A DNA stretch of 64,000 nucleotides from an uncultured Holophagales bacterium (GTDB taxonomy: Bacteria > Acidobacteriota > Thermoanaerobaculia > Multivoradales > UBA5704), in NCBI GenBank assembly GCA_963842525.1, contig CAWJGT010000009.1:1632001-1696000 (forward strand), in the 5' to 3' direction. Below, piece after piece: positions 38,002-47,473 of the stretch. Positions within the stretch are counted from its first letter, which is position 1; each line of letters opens with the position of its first letter. Under the pieces are notes generated by a model. The model saw only the letters and a list, made by a program, of their open reading frames with translations. It was not told where the DNA came from and made no database searches. Position numbers and translations under genes: made by a program.

Positions 38002-38946
38002 CTACGCCGCCTGAGGCGCCGGCGCACTCGCAGTCTGGGCGACCGCCCCCCCGACAGTCACGTTCCCTCCATGGGAGGCGCTGATGGTGTTCTGGACGTT
38101 GTTGTTCGTGATCTGGTTGAAAATCATCTGCCGCAACTCTTCGGTGAGGACCTCCTCCTCCTTCAGGACCTCCTGCAGCTCGCCCAGCACGAGGGCATGG
38201 CTCGTGGAATAGATGGTCTGCAGGTCCATATAGTCATAGGAGCTCTCGCAGAAGTGGCTCATGCGGCTGATGATGCTGTGTCCGTTGTTCGCCCAGGGCC
38301 AGATCCAGAACCAGAACGACAGGGGGCTTGCCAGGACGAACTTGACGATGTCGAACGTGGTGTGGGTTCCACGAACGAAGCTGCGGTAATGAAGTGTGAT
38401 GGATCGACCGAAAGAGGCGAAGTGCAGGAAGTGGACAATGAAGCTGCCGAGCTCTGTCTTGGCCCAGACCCTGATGAATTCTTTACCAAGGCCCCGGTTC
38501 TTCTCGCGGATCACCACGGCGTCCTTAACCTGGACGGAATCGTCGGGCAGGTGACGGTCTATCCTCTCGGCCAATTTGCGCCGCAGGGTCTCTGCGAAGC
38601 GTCGGGTCTCCTCAGCGTTCCACTCGGGTTTCACAGGAACGACCCACCTGACACTTTCGACCTCTTTGCCATAGCGGAAGAAGAGCCCTCCGCCCGTGAA
38701 GTCGTCCAGAGATTGCTTCTCCCGCTCGAGGTCGCCCTGATAGGCCAAAGCTCCGATCACCATGAAGAGAGCCAGGTAGCACATGGTGGGAACCGGCTTC
38801 CACGAGAACATCGTGAAGTAGAAGAGGAGGATCAGAGGCCATTTCAGCCGCCGGAGAATGCTCAGCACGATTTTCAGATCCTGGTCCCAACTCGCGATCG
38901 AGAACATGTTCGGCCTCCTGGGCGTAGATGAAGGGTCGGTCCGCAT
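38002..38946 (-). CDS. Membrane protein with a C-terminal N/G/S/T-rich motif
   Basis: N-terminal hydrophobic helices and a Trp-rich internal segment; ends QITNNNVQNTISASHGGNVTVGGAVAQTASAPAPQAA. Start uncertain. Confidence 0.8.
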   Translation of the reverse strand: MRTDPSSTPRRPNMFSIASWDQDLKIVLSILRRLKWPLILLFYFTMFSWKPVPTMCYLALFMVIGALAYQGDLEREKQSLDDFTGGGLFFRYGKEVESVRWVVPVKPEWNAEETRRFAETLRRKLAERIDRHLPDDSVQVKDAVVIREKNRGLGKEFIRVWAKTELGSFIVHFLHFASFGRSITLHYRSFVRGTHTTFDIVKFVLASPLSFWFWIWPWANNGHSIISRMSHFCESSYDYMDLQTIYSTSHALVLGELQEVLKEEEVLTEELRQMIFNQITNNNVQNTISASHGGNVTVGGAVAQTASAPAPQAA

Positions 38947-39016
38947 CAGTTAGAGTTAGACACCAACGCGGCCAAGAGGGTTGGGTCGGGGGAGAAGATC
39001 CAGAGCCCTGGGGAGG

Positions 39017-41471
39017 CTATTCGGTGCGCAGCGCCACGACGGGCTCCACGGCCGTGGCCCGGACGGCCGGCAGGAGCGTGGCGGTGAGGGCCACCAGCGC
39101 CAGGATGACGGAGGTGGTGCCGAAGGCCAGGGGATCGCGCGGGCTCACGCCGAAGAGCAGGCTCGCGGCGAGGCGCGTCACGCCGTAGGACAACGCCAGC
39201 CCGGCCGCCAGCCCGGCCGCCACGACGGTCAGCCCCTGCCGCAGCACCAGGCCGAGCACGTCCGCCGGCTGCGCTCCCAGGGCCATGCGCACGCCGATCT
39301 CCCGCGACCGTCGTGCCACCGCGAACGACATCACGCCGTAGAGCCCCACCGTGGCCAGGAGCAGCGCCAGCAGGCCGAGGAGAGTGAGCAGCCAGACTCC
39401 GGCCTGCTGCTCCCAGAGCGTGCGGTCTCTCAGGTCGAGCACAGCCACCGCTTCCCCCTGCGGCAGGGTTGGGGCCATCGCCCGTAGCTCCCGCTGGATC
39501 ACCGGCAACAGCCTCGCCGGGTCGCTTTCGGCGCGCACGATCAGGGTCACGCCGCAGACGTAGCGCTGGGCCAGCGGCTCGTAGACGTACGGTTGGCGGG
39601 TTTCCCGCGGGTCCTGGTACTTGGCGTCCCGAGCGACTCCGACGACCTCGACGGGAGGGTTGTCGAAGAAATGGAAGCGCTTGCCGATCGGGTCCTGGCC
39701 GGGCCAGAGCCTCGCGGCCAGGGTCTGGTTGACGATCACCACGCGCGGCGCCCCTTCGCGGTCCGCCTCGGTGAAGACCCGGCCGCGGACGAGCGGCAGG
39801 CCCAGGGTGGAGAAATAATCCGGGCCCACTGCGTTGACCTGGACCAGGACGCGGTTTCTCGCGTCATCGTCCCTTTCCAGGAAGACCGAGCGTGAGAACG
39901 CGCGGTGGAAGGGGCGGGTCTGCGCCAGGGTGGCGGCGACCGCTCCCGGCAGAGAGGCGGCGCGCTCCTGCACATCGCGGAAGAACTGCTCGCCCTCCGC
40001 CCGGTTCCAGCCCTGATGGCTGACGTTCGAACGAGAGCGCGGCCAGGCGGTCGGCCGCGAAGCCCGGATCGACACGCTGCATCTCGCCCAGGCTGCGCAG
40101 GAAGAGACCGGCGGCCACCAGCGACACCAGGGAAAGGGCCACTTGGCCGGCCACCAGTACGCCGCGCAACCCGAAGCCCCGCGACGCGGCCTCCGCCTCG
40201 GCGTGGTTGCGGAGTGCCGGAAGGACCTCGGGCCGCGTCCCCTGGAGCGCCGGCACCAGGCCGAAAAGGAGGCCGGTCAGCAGCGAGACCCCCAGGGTGA
40301 AGGCGAGCACCCGGCCGTCCATGGGAAGGTCGATGAATGCGAGGGCCGGCGCGTTGGGAAGGAGGGTCGGCACAGCCTTCAGGATGCACGCGCCGAGGAG
40401 CAGGCCGAGGGTGCCGCCGAGCACCGCCAGGAGGCCGCTCTCGGTCAGGAGCTGGCGGACCAGGCGGCCCCGCGAGGCCCCCTGCGACAAGCGGACCGCG
40501 ATCTCCCGCCGCCGCGCCGCCGCCTGCGCCAGCAGGAGGTTCGACACGTTGGCGCAGGCGATGAGCAGCACCAGTCCGGTGACCGCGAGGAGGAAGTGCG
40601 TGCCCGTCAACAGGCTCTGGCGGTCGACCTGCCAACCGAGGGTGGCCCTGGCCAGGGGCACCATCTCGATGCCGCGCCCCTTGTTGTAGTCCGGATACTC
40701 CCGCTCGAGCTGCTGGGTAATCGCGCCGAGATCGTCCCGCGCCTGCTCGAGGGTGACTCCGGGCTTCAGGCGTCCTATGGCCGTGACGAAGAGGCCCCGC
40801 CGATTGCCGTACCAGTTGAAGTCCGGGATGGTGCGGATCTGCCGGTTCATCGCCATCGGGATCCAGAGCTGCGCCTGCGCGTCGAGGCTCGCCCCGCGGA
40901 AGCCTTCGGGGGCGACGCCGACCACGGTGTAACCGCTGCCGTTGATCGTGATTGTCCGGCCGGCTGCTGCGGGATCGGCACCCAGATGCTCCTTCCAGAA
41001 GGCATGGGAGACCACGGTCACGCAATGGGTGCCCGGCTCGCGGTCCTCCACGGGCAGGAAGGTGCGGCCGAGCGCCGCACGCACCCCCAGGACGTCGAAG
41101 TAGTTGCCGGAGACGAGCTGGCCCATGGCGAGGACGGGCTCCGGGCCCGTCCAGACGCTGAGCTCGATCTCCCGATCGTACCCGAGGATGCCGGAGAAGC
41201 TCCGGCTCCTTGCGCGGTAGTCCTGCCAGTTGGGGTGGGAGAGCGGCGTGCGGCCGACCTGCGGGTTCCTGACGTCCCTCGCGTAGAGGGTGACCAGGCG
41301 GCCGGGGTCCGCAACCTGCGGCATCCGCCACATCAGAGCATTGAGGACGCTGAAGATGGCGGTATTTGCGCCGATCCCCAGGGCCAGCGACAGCACGGCC
41401 ACGCCGGCAAAGATGGGCCTCCTGGACAGGATCCTCACGCCGTAGCGCAGATCCCGGATCAGATCCTCCAT
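39017..41471 (-). CDS. ADOP-type duplicated ABC permease (MacB/FtsX); frameshift near 40029
   Basis: DLRYGVR...LALGIGANTAIFS, LLIACANVSNLLL, RSREIGVRMALGA, VEPVVALRTE. Confidence 0.9.
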
Positions 41472-41547
41472 GCGGAAGGGCTCCTCCTGCTCCGCATTAC
41501 GCCACGCGCGCCGGCAGGATGCAAGCCCCCATGCCGGCCGAAACGAA

Positions 41548-41823
41548 CCTCACCCCCTGTCCCCCTCTCCCATCGCCCCACCCCCAACCGGGTCTGGGGG
41601 GACGTTGTTGAGGCGATCTGCGCGAGGTCGTAGCTGACCTGCCATGTCATCCTGAGCGCAGCGAAGGATCTGGGGTTGGAAAGCTCCGCCCGCCCAGATT
41701 TCTTCGCTGCGCTCAGAATGGCTTTGATGGGCGTCAAGCCCCGACCTCGCCTTTCAGCCTCAGCCGCGTTCCCCCTCTCCCGGTCGGGGGGAGGGCGATG
41801 GGAGAGGGGGCCAGGGGGTGAGG
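41548..41823. repeat. CCCTCTCCC palindromic element, copy C, whose arms enclose a second hairpin family
   Basis: Left arm CCTCACCCCC...CCCTCTCCCATCGCCC; right arm GGGCGATGGGAGAGGGGGCCAGGGGGTGAGG. Confidence 0.75.
41646..41722. repeat. GTCATCCTGAGCGCAGCGAAGGATCT-type long hairpin repeat
   Basis: Arms GTCATCCTGAGCGCAGCGAAGGATCTGGG and CCCAGATTTCTTCGCTGCGCTCAGAATGGC. Confidence 0.8.
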
Positions 41824-41826
41824 TCC

Positions 41827-43695
41827 TCAGTTCGCCACCACCGGGAGCTCCAGCGCGCTCGGATGCTCGGCGTCGTGATAGAGGGTGACCTCCGCGGTGC
41901 GGGCGTCTTCGCCGGACTCGTCGGCCACCGCTCCTCCCGAGTTGTAGTTCTTCTGGTAGTGGATGGAATTGGGGGAGGAGACCAGCAGCCGCAGGCGGCT
42001 CCCCTTCGCGATCCGCCGGGAGAACCAGGTGAAGGTGGTGAAGTCGTAGCGCAGGACCTCCCCGGGCGGGACCAGGACCGCATGGTCCCGCGATTCGCGG
42101 TACCGGGCGCGGAGCTGGCAGTTGGTCAGCGACACGGCCGATCCGTCGGGCAGGACCTCCCAGAGCTCGGCCTGGAAATCCGTATCCGGCACATTCAGCG
42201 CGATCCAGAGGCTGAGCTTGACCGCTCCCGAGACCTCGGCCGGCTCCGTAAACGGCTCGCTGTGGTACACGAGACCGTTGCCGAACAGGTGGAGGCTCCT
42301 GGTCTGGTCGGTGTGGCGGTTCCTGGAGTCCTGCATCTCGAACTGGGCCGGGCGGACGTCCAGCGGGTCGTAGACGTAGCGGTCCGGCTCGGACCGCGGC
42401 GGCGGCGCCTCGCCGAGCGTCCCGGAGCGAAACACCTCGTTGGCCCGGCCGTTCTCGGAGGCGAGATAGAGCGTGCGCGTCTCGCTCGCGACCTCGTCGA
42501 GGCTGTCGGCGTACTTCCAGGCCTCCCCGCCGTTCCCCGCAACGTAATAGGCGATGCGCTTTTTCAGGAAGGCGGGTTTGGATCCCCCTTTCATCGTCCA
42601 GTCGTACCACTGCAGATGGAGCTCGTCGAGGTTGACCAGGCTCGCCGGCCCGAAGGTCAGGCCGCCGACCTCCCGCTTCGGGGCTCGCGTCCCCGAGTGG
42701 TCCCAGGGGCCGAGGATCAGGTAGTGCTGCGCCCGCCCTTCGGGGCTGCCGTACTGCATGTGCTCGTGGTAGAACTTCAGAGCCCCGGGCTGGTCCTCGT
42801 CGTAGTGGCCGGTGATGGTCAGGATGGGGACGTTCATCCGCCGGTACTGCTCGGGTGTCGGCACCATGGCCTTCCAATACGGCGACCCCGGCGTCGGGTG
42901 GTCGAACCAGGTCTGGAAGACCGGGTCGGTCTTGCCGGTGGCGATCTGATCGAGCTCGCGGTAGGGACGGTGGCTGAGGTACAGCTCGCGGAACTTCTGG
43001 GTCCAGAACGATATGTCCGTGAAGAGCGAGCGGTTGGAGAGCAGACCGTTCGTGAAAGTGAGCCACTGGACGTTGTACGAGTAGAAGATGTTGTCCGAGA
43101 TTGGGAAGTCCACCCCGGGGTAGGCCGCCGCCGCCGGCACGATTGTGATCAGATGCGGCGGGAGCTCCATCAGCGCGGCCCATTGGACATAGCCCGTGTA
43201 CGAGCCGCCCCACAGGGAGATCTTGCCGTTGGACCATGGCTGGCGGGCCAGCCATTCGATCGTATCGGCGGAGTCGCGCGCGTCGTCGAGGAAGGGCACG
43301 AACTTGCCACTGGAGTTGCCGCGCCCGCGGACGTCGATCAGCGCGAACACATAGCCGCGGCGCGCGAAGTACATGGCCTTGTCATGGTAGGTGTCGGCGC
43401 TGTAGGGAGTCGGCATGAAGATGACCGGCAGCGGCTCCTTCTGCCCGGCCGGGCGGTAGACCGTGGCATTGAGCGTCACGCCGTCCCGCATGGGGATCTT
43501 CACGCCCATTCCAAGGTCGATGGGCGCTTCTGGAGGGGGCTGGGACTGAGATGGGACAGACCACAAGACAAGCACGACAAGGGCGACAACCAGAGAGACC
43601 AAACGGGGAAACCGTTCCTTCAAGGAGCAAAATCTTCGGAGCACAGGTCTCATACACCTTTCCTCAGCCGGCCGCAGGCCGGGCTCCAACGACAA
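41827..43695 (-). CDS. CocE/NonD family hydrolase (peptidase S15)
   Basis: MRDGVTL, DVRGRGNS, WGGSYTG, GPWDH. Start probably near 43653. Confidence 0.92.
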   Translation of the reverse strand: MSLEPGLRPAEERCMRPVLRRFCSLKERFPRLVSLVVALVVLVLWSVPSQSQPPPEAPIDLGMGVKIPMRDGVTLNATVYRPAGQKEPLPVIFMPTPYSADTYHDKAMYFARRGYVFALIDVRGRGNSSGKFVPFLDDARDSADTIEWLARQPWSNGKISLWGGSYTGYVQWAALMELPPHLITIVPAAAAYPGVDFPISDNIFYSYNVQWLTFTNGLLSNRSLFTDISFWTQKFRELYLSHRPYRELDQIATGKTDPVFQTWFDHPTPGSPYWKAMVPTPEQYRRMNVPILTITGHYDEDQPGALKFYHEHMQYGSPEGRAQHYLILGPWDHSGTRAPKREVGGLTFGPASLVNLDELHLQWYDWTMKGGSKPAFLKKRIAYYVAGNGGEAWKYADSLDEVASETRTLYLASENGRANEVFRSGTLGEAPPPRSEPDRYVYDPLDVRPAQFEMQDSRNRHTDQTRSLHLFGNGLVYHSEPFTEPAEVSGAVKLSLWIALNVPDTDFQAELWEVLPDGSAVSLTNCQLRARYRESRDHAVLVPPGEVLRYDFTTFTWFSRRIAKGSRLRLLVSSPNSIHYQKNYNSGGAVADESGEDARTAEVTLYHDAEHPSALELPVVAN

Positions 43696-43824
43696 CCCGG
43701 AGACACACCATGTGCCTCGGTACGAACACCTCTGTGTAGGAATGACGATTCCGACGAGATGTTTCGGATCGCGGTTCCCTCGACGGACTCAGATTAACGA
43801 CATCACATCTCCGGAGAGATTATC

Positions 43825-44418
43825 ATGAAGTGGCTATTCCTCCCTATGTTTCTCCTGGCTCTTCTCCCGGCCCTCGGGTCGGCTGCCGAGCCCACCGCCC
43901 AACCCTCTGCCCGTGGACCGGAGGAGGTCTGCGTCCTCAAGACCAGCCTGGGGACCATGGTGTTCCGCTTCTTCGAGGAGGACGCCCCGTTGACGACGGC
44001 GCACATCAAGAAGCTGGTCCGGGAGGGCTTCTATGACGGCAAGCCGTTCTATCGCCTCGTCCAGGGGCACGTGATCCAGGCCGGCGACGGCGGCGAGAAC
44101 GACAAGCCCAAGGTGAAAGGGGAATTCGGCACGAAGCACCTGCACATCCCCGGCGCCGTGGGCCTCGCCCGCGACACCGACCCCGACAGCGGCAACACGG
44201 AGATCTACATCTGCCTCGCGCCACGGCCCCACCTCGATGGCAAATACGCCCTCTTCGGCCAGCTCGTCGAGGGCTATGACGTCCTCGAGAAGATCGGCGG
44301 CGTCGAAGTCGAGGAGAAGTACGAGGAGTCGGGCGGCAACCGGATCGCCTTCCACAAGCCGAAGACGCCGGTGCTGATCGAGAAGGCGTGGATCGAGAAG
44401 CGGGTCCTCACCCCCTAG
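43825..44418 (+). CDS. Cyclophilin-type peptidyl-prolyl isomerase, secreted
   Basis: GFYDGKPFYRLVQGHVIQAGD, HLDGKYALFGQLVEG. Confidence 0.92.
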   Translation: MKWLFLPMFLLALLPALGSAAEPTAQPSARGPEEVCVLKTSLGTMVFRFFEEDAPLTTAHIKKLVREGFYDGKPFYRLVQGHVIQAGDGGENDKPKVKGEFGTKHLHIPGAVGLARDTDPDSGNTEIYICLAPRPHLDGKYALFGQLVEGYDVLEKIGGVEVEEKYEESGGNRIAFHKPKTPVLIEKAWIEKRVLTP

Positions 44419-44458
44419 CCCCCTCTCCCATCGCCCTCCCACCGACCGGGAGAGGGGG
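44406..44458. repeat. CCCTCTCCC palindromic element, single unit, copy D (supplies the PPIase stop codon)
   Basis: CCTCACCCCCTAGCCCCCTCTCCCATCGCCC...GGGAGAGGGGG. Confidence 0.8.
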
Positions 44459-44576
44459 AACGTGGCGGGGCGGAGGCGGCGAGTCCGAAGCGAGGACCGA
44501 CATGTCGGCGACATGTCGGTCCCGCGGTCTGACAGAGCTGACACAGGCTTGGGGGGCGTTTTCGGGCCTTTTGGCC

Positions 44577-44591
44577 TGGCACAGCCCTTGC
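44577..44591 (+). promoter_or_regulatory. Candidate sigma54 (-24/-12) promoter
   Basis: TGGCAC-AGCCC-TTGC with the exact consensus spacing; tandem palindromes CGACATGTCG at 44498-44507 and 44509-44518 upstream. Confidence 0.6.
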
Positions 44592-44602
44592 CCTTATGAG
44601 GA

Positions 44603-44686
44603 AGTGCGGAATACGACGACAGTCACCGCATCTCCAGCAACGCCGGCGACGCGATACCGAGGTTGGGCGCGCGCCGGCCTTTTTTT
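44603..44686 (+). ncRNA. Candidate ~85-nt small RNA
   Basis: Lies between a sigma54-like promoter and a hairpin/U-tract in a convergent intergenic region with no convincing ORF. Confidence 0.4.
44642..44686 (+). terminator. Intrinsic terminator-like hairpin
   Basis: GCCGGCG...CGCCGGC stem followed by T7. Confidence 0.6.
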
Positions 44687-44697
44687 ATTCTGGGTCG

Positions 44698-45696
44698 CTA
44701 TTTCGGGTCCAGGCTACCGAAGATCTTCTCGCGCAGGGCTTTTTCGGCCTTGAGGTCGCCGAGGAGGAAGTGGACGTCCGCAAGCTTCAGGAGCACACGG
44801 GATAGGGCCGGTGTCTCGGCAAGGGCTTCCTGGTAGCTCCGCTTCGCCGCGGCCAGATCGCGCTGCCGCAGCGCCTCGTCGCCCGCGCGCTCGAGCCGGA
44901 CCGCGGGATCTTCCTCCTGGCCCGCAGCCGATGCCGGGGCGGGCAGCGTCTCGACGAAGAGCTTGCGGCGTCCTGGAGCGACGAGCGGGGAGAGGGCGAC
45001 GTCGCGGTTGATCGCCACGACGATGTCGTCGACGTAGTAGGCGACGTTCGACGTGTCTTTTCCCGGGTCTCCGATGAACGAGAACATGCTGACCACCGAT
45101 CCAGGCTGCCGGGTGGCGTTCGGCTGGTCTTTCCGGGAGACGACCGGCTCTTCGATCCCCTCCTCATAGATCCGCAGGTCGTACCGCCCGCGGCGCACGT
45201 CATAGTCCACCTCGACCCCGTACCAGGTGAAGTTCTTGAGGCGCAGCAGCCGCTTCGGGTTGCGGTCCGAGGTATGGAACAGGTAGCCGCGGCGGGTGGA
45301 GAGCCAGAAGGCAATGCCGTTCTTGCTCATGGAGAAGCAGGCTGGCCCGGCGAGGGCCATGTTCAGCTCCTCGTTCGTATCCGTCGTCAGGAAGGCGAAG
45401 TAGACGACCAGCCAGCCGTCCCGGCGCGCGGGAAAATAGCCCTGGAGCTCGGGAAAGTCGCCGTCGCCGGCCACGTCGCGGATCTCGACGGAGGAGTAGC
45501 CGCTCTGGCGGAACGAGTTGGAGAGCCGGACGTCCCCGCGCGCGTTGCGAAACACCGAGAACGTATCGGGGCCGGTGTCGGTCCAGCCGTCATCGAAGCT
45601 GTAGCTGGCCAGGATGGAGGAGGGCTCGGCCCCCGCGGCCGGCAGAGCGGCAAGCGTGAGGAGCAGAGCCCCCGCGACCATCCGGAGGAGCCTCAC
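44698..45696 (-). CDS. Secreted hypothetical protein (beta-sandwich-like domain plus C-terminal TPR)
   Basis: GTG start overlapping the upstream stop; signal peptide; YYVDDIVV; TPR-like tail. Confidence 0.7.
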   Translation of the reverse strand: MRLLRMVAGALLLTLAALPAAGAEPSSILASYSFDDGWTDTGPDTFSVFRNARGDVRLSNSFRQSGYSSVEIRDVAGDGDFPELQGYFPARRDGWLVVYFAFLTTDTNEELNMALAGPACFSMSKNGIAFWLSTRRGYLFHTSDRNPKRLLRLKNFTWYGVEVDYDVRRGRYDLRIYEEGIEEPVVSRKDQPNATRQPGSVVSMFSFIGDPGKDTSNVAYYVDDIVVAINRDVALSPLVAPGRRKLFVETLPAPASAAGQEEDPAVRLERAGDEALRQRDLAAAKRSYQEALAETPALSRVLLKLADVHFLLGDLKAEKALREKIFGSLDPK

Positions 45697-46388
45697 AGGT
45701 TTTGCCTGTACTCCGCCAGCCAGCGCTCCCACATGTCGATGCTGCGCTGCCTGCGCTCGGGCGCGAGCTGGGGGTGGAAGCCCTTGGTCTGTCCGGTGAG
45801 GATGCTCAGGGCCTGGATGGAGACCGCCTGCACCTGCGGCTCGGGGTTCGAAAGGGCCTGGATGAGCCCCTGGTAGATGCGCACCTTCTCGGGCTCCTTC
45901 AGATGGATCTGGTCGTAGGCCAGGGCGCAGGCCGCCTTGTCCCGGAAGAGCGGGATCGGATCGTTCTGCAGGGTGTCGAGCAGGGCCTCGACCACCTGCG
46001 GGCCGCTGCTGACCCGGCCCAGGGCATACTGCACGGCGAGGCGAAGCTCGACGTTGTGGGTACGGACGTCCCGCATCAGCGAGCGCTCGGCCTCGGGGGA
46101 GGTCCACTCGAGGGCATAGAAAAGGTTGGCGATCCGGGTCCGCCGGGCCTCGTCGCCCGTGTCGTAGAGGAAGATCAGCGCGGGCAGGGTCTGCGGCCCG
46201 AGCGCGCGGAGGGCCTCGACGTCGTTGCGCTCCACGAGGTCCGCCACGCGCAGGCTGAGGCTGGGCTCCTCGCCGGCGATGCCCGGGACCGCCGCGGTTG
46301 CCGTACTCTCGGCGCGCGCCGCCACATTGAAGATCCTGAGGGTGAGAAGGACGAGAGACATCGACACGACCAGCGGGGTCCGGCTCAT
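45693..46388 (-). CDS. HEAT-repeat protein, exported
   Basis: LRLAVQYALG, FRDKAACAL, VQAVSIQAL. Confidence 0.8.
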   Translation of the reverse strand: MSRTPLVVSMSLVLLTLRIFNVAARAESTATAAVPGIAGEEPSLSLRVADLVERNDVEALRALGPQTLPALIFLYDTGDEARRTRIANLFYALEWTSPEAERSLMRDVRTHNVELRLAVQYALGRVSSGPQVVEALLDTLQNDPIPLFRDKAACALAYDQIHLKEPEKVRIYQGLIQALSNPEPQVQAVSIQALSILTGQTKGFHPQLAPERRQRSIDMWERWLAEYRQNL

Positions 46389-46452
46389 ACTGCACCTCCG
46401 AAGCGGGTAATTCTATAGATAGGATAGCAGACTGCAGGCCGGCCGGGGTAGC

Positions 46453-47463
46453 ATGCGGGCCACCATGCCTCTGTTGAAGACTCCGCTCACCGAGCAGCTC
46501 GGCATCGAGGTGCCGCTCATCTGCGGCGCCATGTATCCCTGCAGCAACCCGGAGCTGGTCGCGACGGCATCCGAGGCCGGCGCGATAGGGGTGATCCAGC
46601 CTTTGTCGCTGGTCTATGTTCATGGCCACGAGTTTCGCGAGGGGCTGCGGCTCATCCGCCGGCTCACTTCGAAACCGGTAGGGATGAATGTGATCGTCGA
46701 GAAGTCCTCCAAGACCTACCTGGAGCGGATGCGGCGGTACATGGACGTGGCGCTGGAGGATGGGATCCGCTTCTTCGTCACCTCCCTGGGCAACCCGCGC
46801 TGGGTGGTGGAGAAGGCCCATGCGGTGGGCGGCGTCGTCTATCACGACGTCACGGACCGGCGCTGGGCTCTGAAGGGGCTGGAGGCCGGGGTGGACGGAT
46901 TGATCGCCGTCAACGACCGGGCCGGGGGGCATGCCGGCCCGCAGAGCGCCGAGCGGCTCTGGGAGGAGCTGCACGACCTCGGCGTGCCGCTGGTGTGTGC
47001 CGGCGGCGTGGGCGACGAGGCGGCCTTCGTCCATGCCCTGCGACTGGGCTACGCCGGCGTCCAGTTGGGGACCCGCTTCATCGCCACGATCGAGTGCACG
47101 GCGCCGGCCGAGTACAAGCAGGCGATCCTGGCGGCGCGGGAGGAGGACATCGTCCTGACCGAACGCCTGACCGGGGTGCCGGTCTCGGTCATCCGCACTC
47201 CCTATATCGAGAAGATGGGGACCAGGGCCGGTCCGATCGGCCGCTTCCTGCTGCGCGGCCGCAAGACCAAGCACTGGATGCGGATGATCTATTCGGTGCA
47301 GTCGCTCTGGAAGCTCAAGCGCTCGGTCCGCGGCGGTTTTTCCTATCGGGACTACCTCCAGGCCGGCAAGAGCGTGGCCGGGATTCATGCGGTCGAGCCG
47401 GCCGGGGAGACCGTGCGGCGGTTCCGGGACACGGCGGAGAAGGCAGAGCAAGGTGCCGCGTAG
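46453..47463 (+). CDS. Nitronate monooxygenase / FabK-like flavoprotein
   Basis: PLICGAM, RAGGHAG, CAGGVG, GVQLGTRFIAT. Confidence 0.9.
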   Translation: MRATMPLLKTPLTEQLGIEVPLICGAMYPCSNPELVATASEAGAIGVIQPLSLVYVHGHEFREGLRLIRRLTSKPVGMNVIVEKSSKTYLERMRRYMDVALEDGIRFFVTSLGNPRWVVEKAHAVGGVVYHDVTDRRWALKGLEAGVDGLIAVNDRAGGHAGPQSAERLWEELHDLGVPLVCAGGVGDEAAFVHALRLGYAGVQLGTRFIATIECTAPAEYKQAILAAREEDIVLTERLTGVPVSVIRTPYIEKMGTRAGPIGRFLLRGRKTKHWMRMIYSVQSLWKLKRSVRGGFSYRDYLQAGKSVAGIHAVEPAGETVRRFRDTAEKAEQGAA

Positions 47464-47473
47464 GACTCCTTGG

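Noticed and set aside
41521-41536. sigma54 promoter for the ADOP gene (minus strand GGCATGGGGGCTTGC)
   Set aside because: GG-to-GC spacing is 11 rather than 10; it could be a homopolymer error but is unsupported as written.
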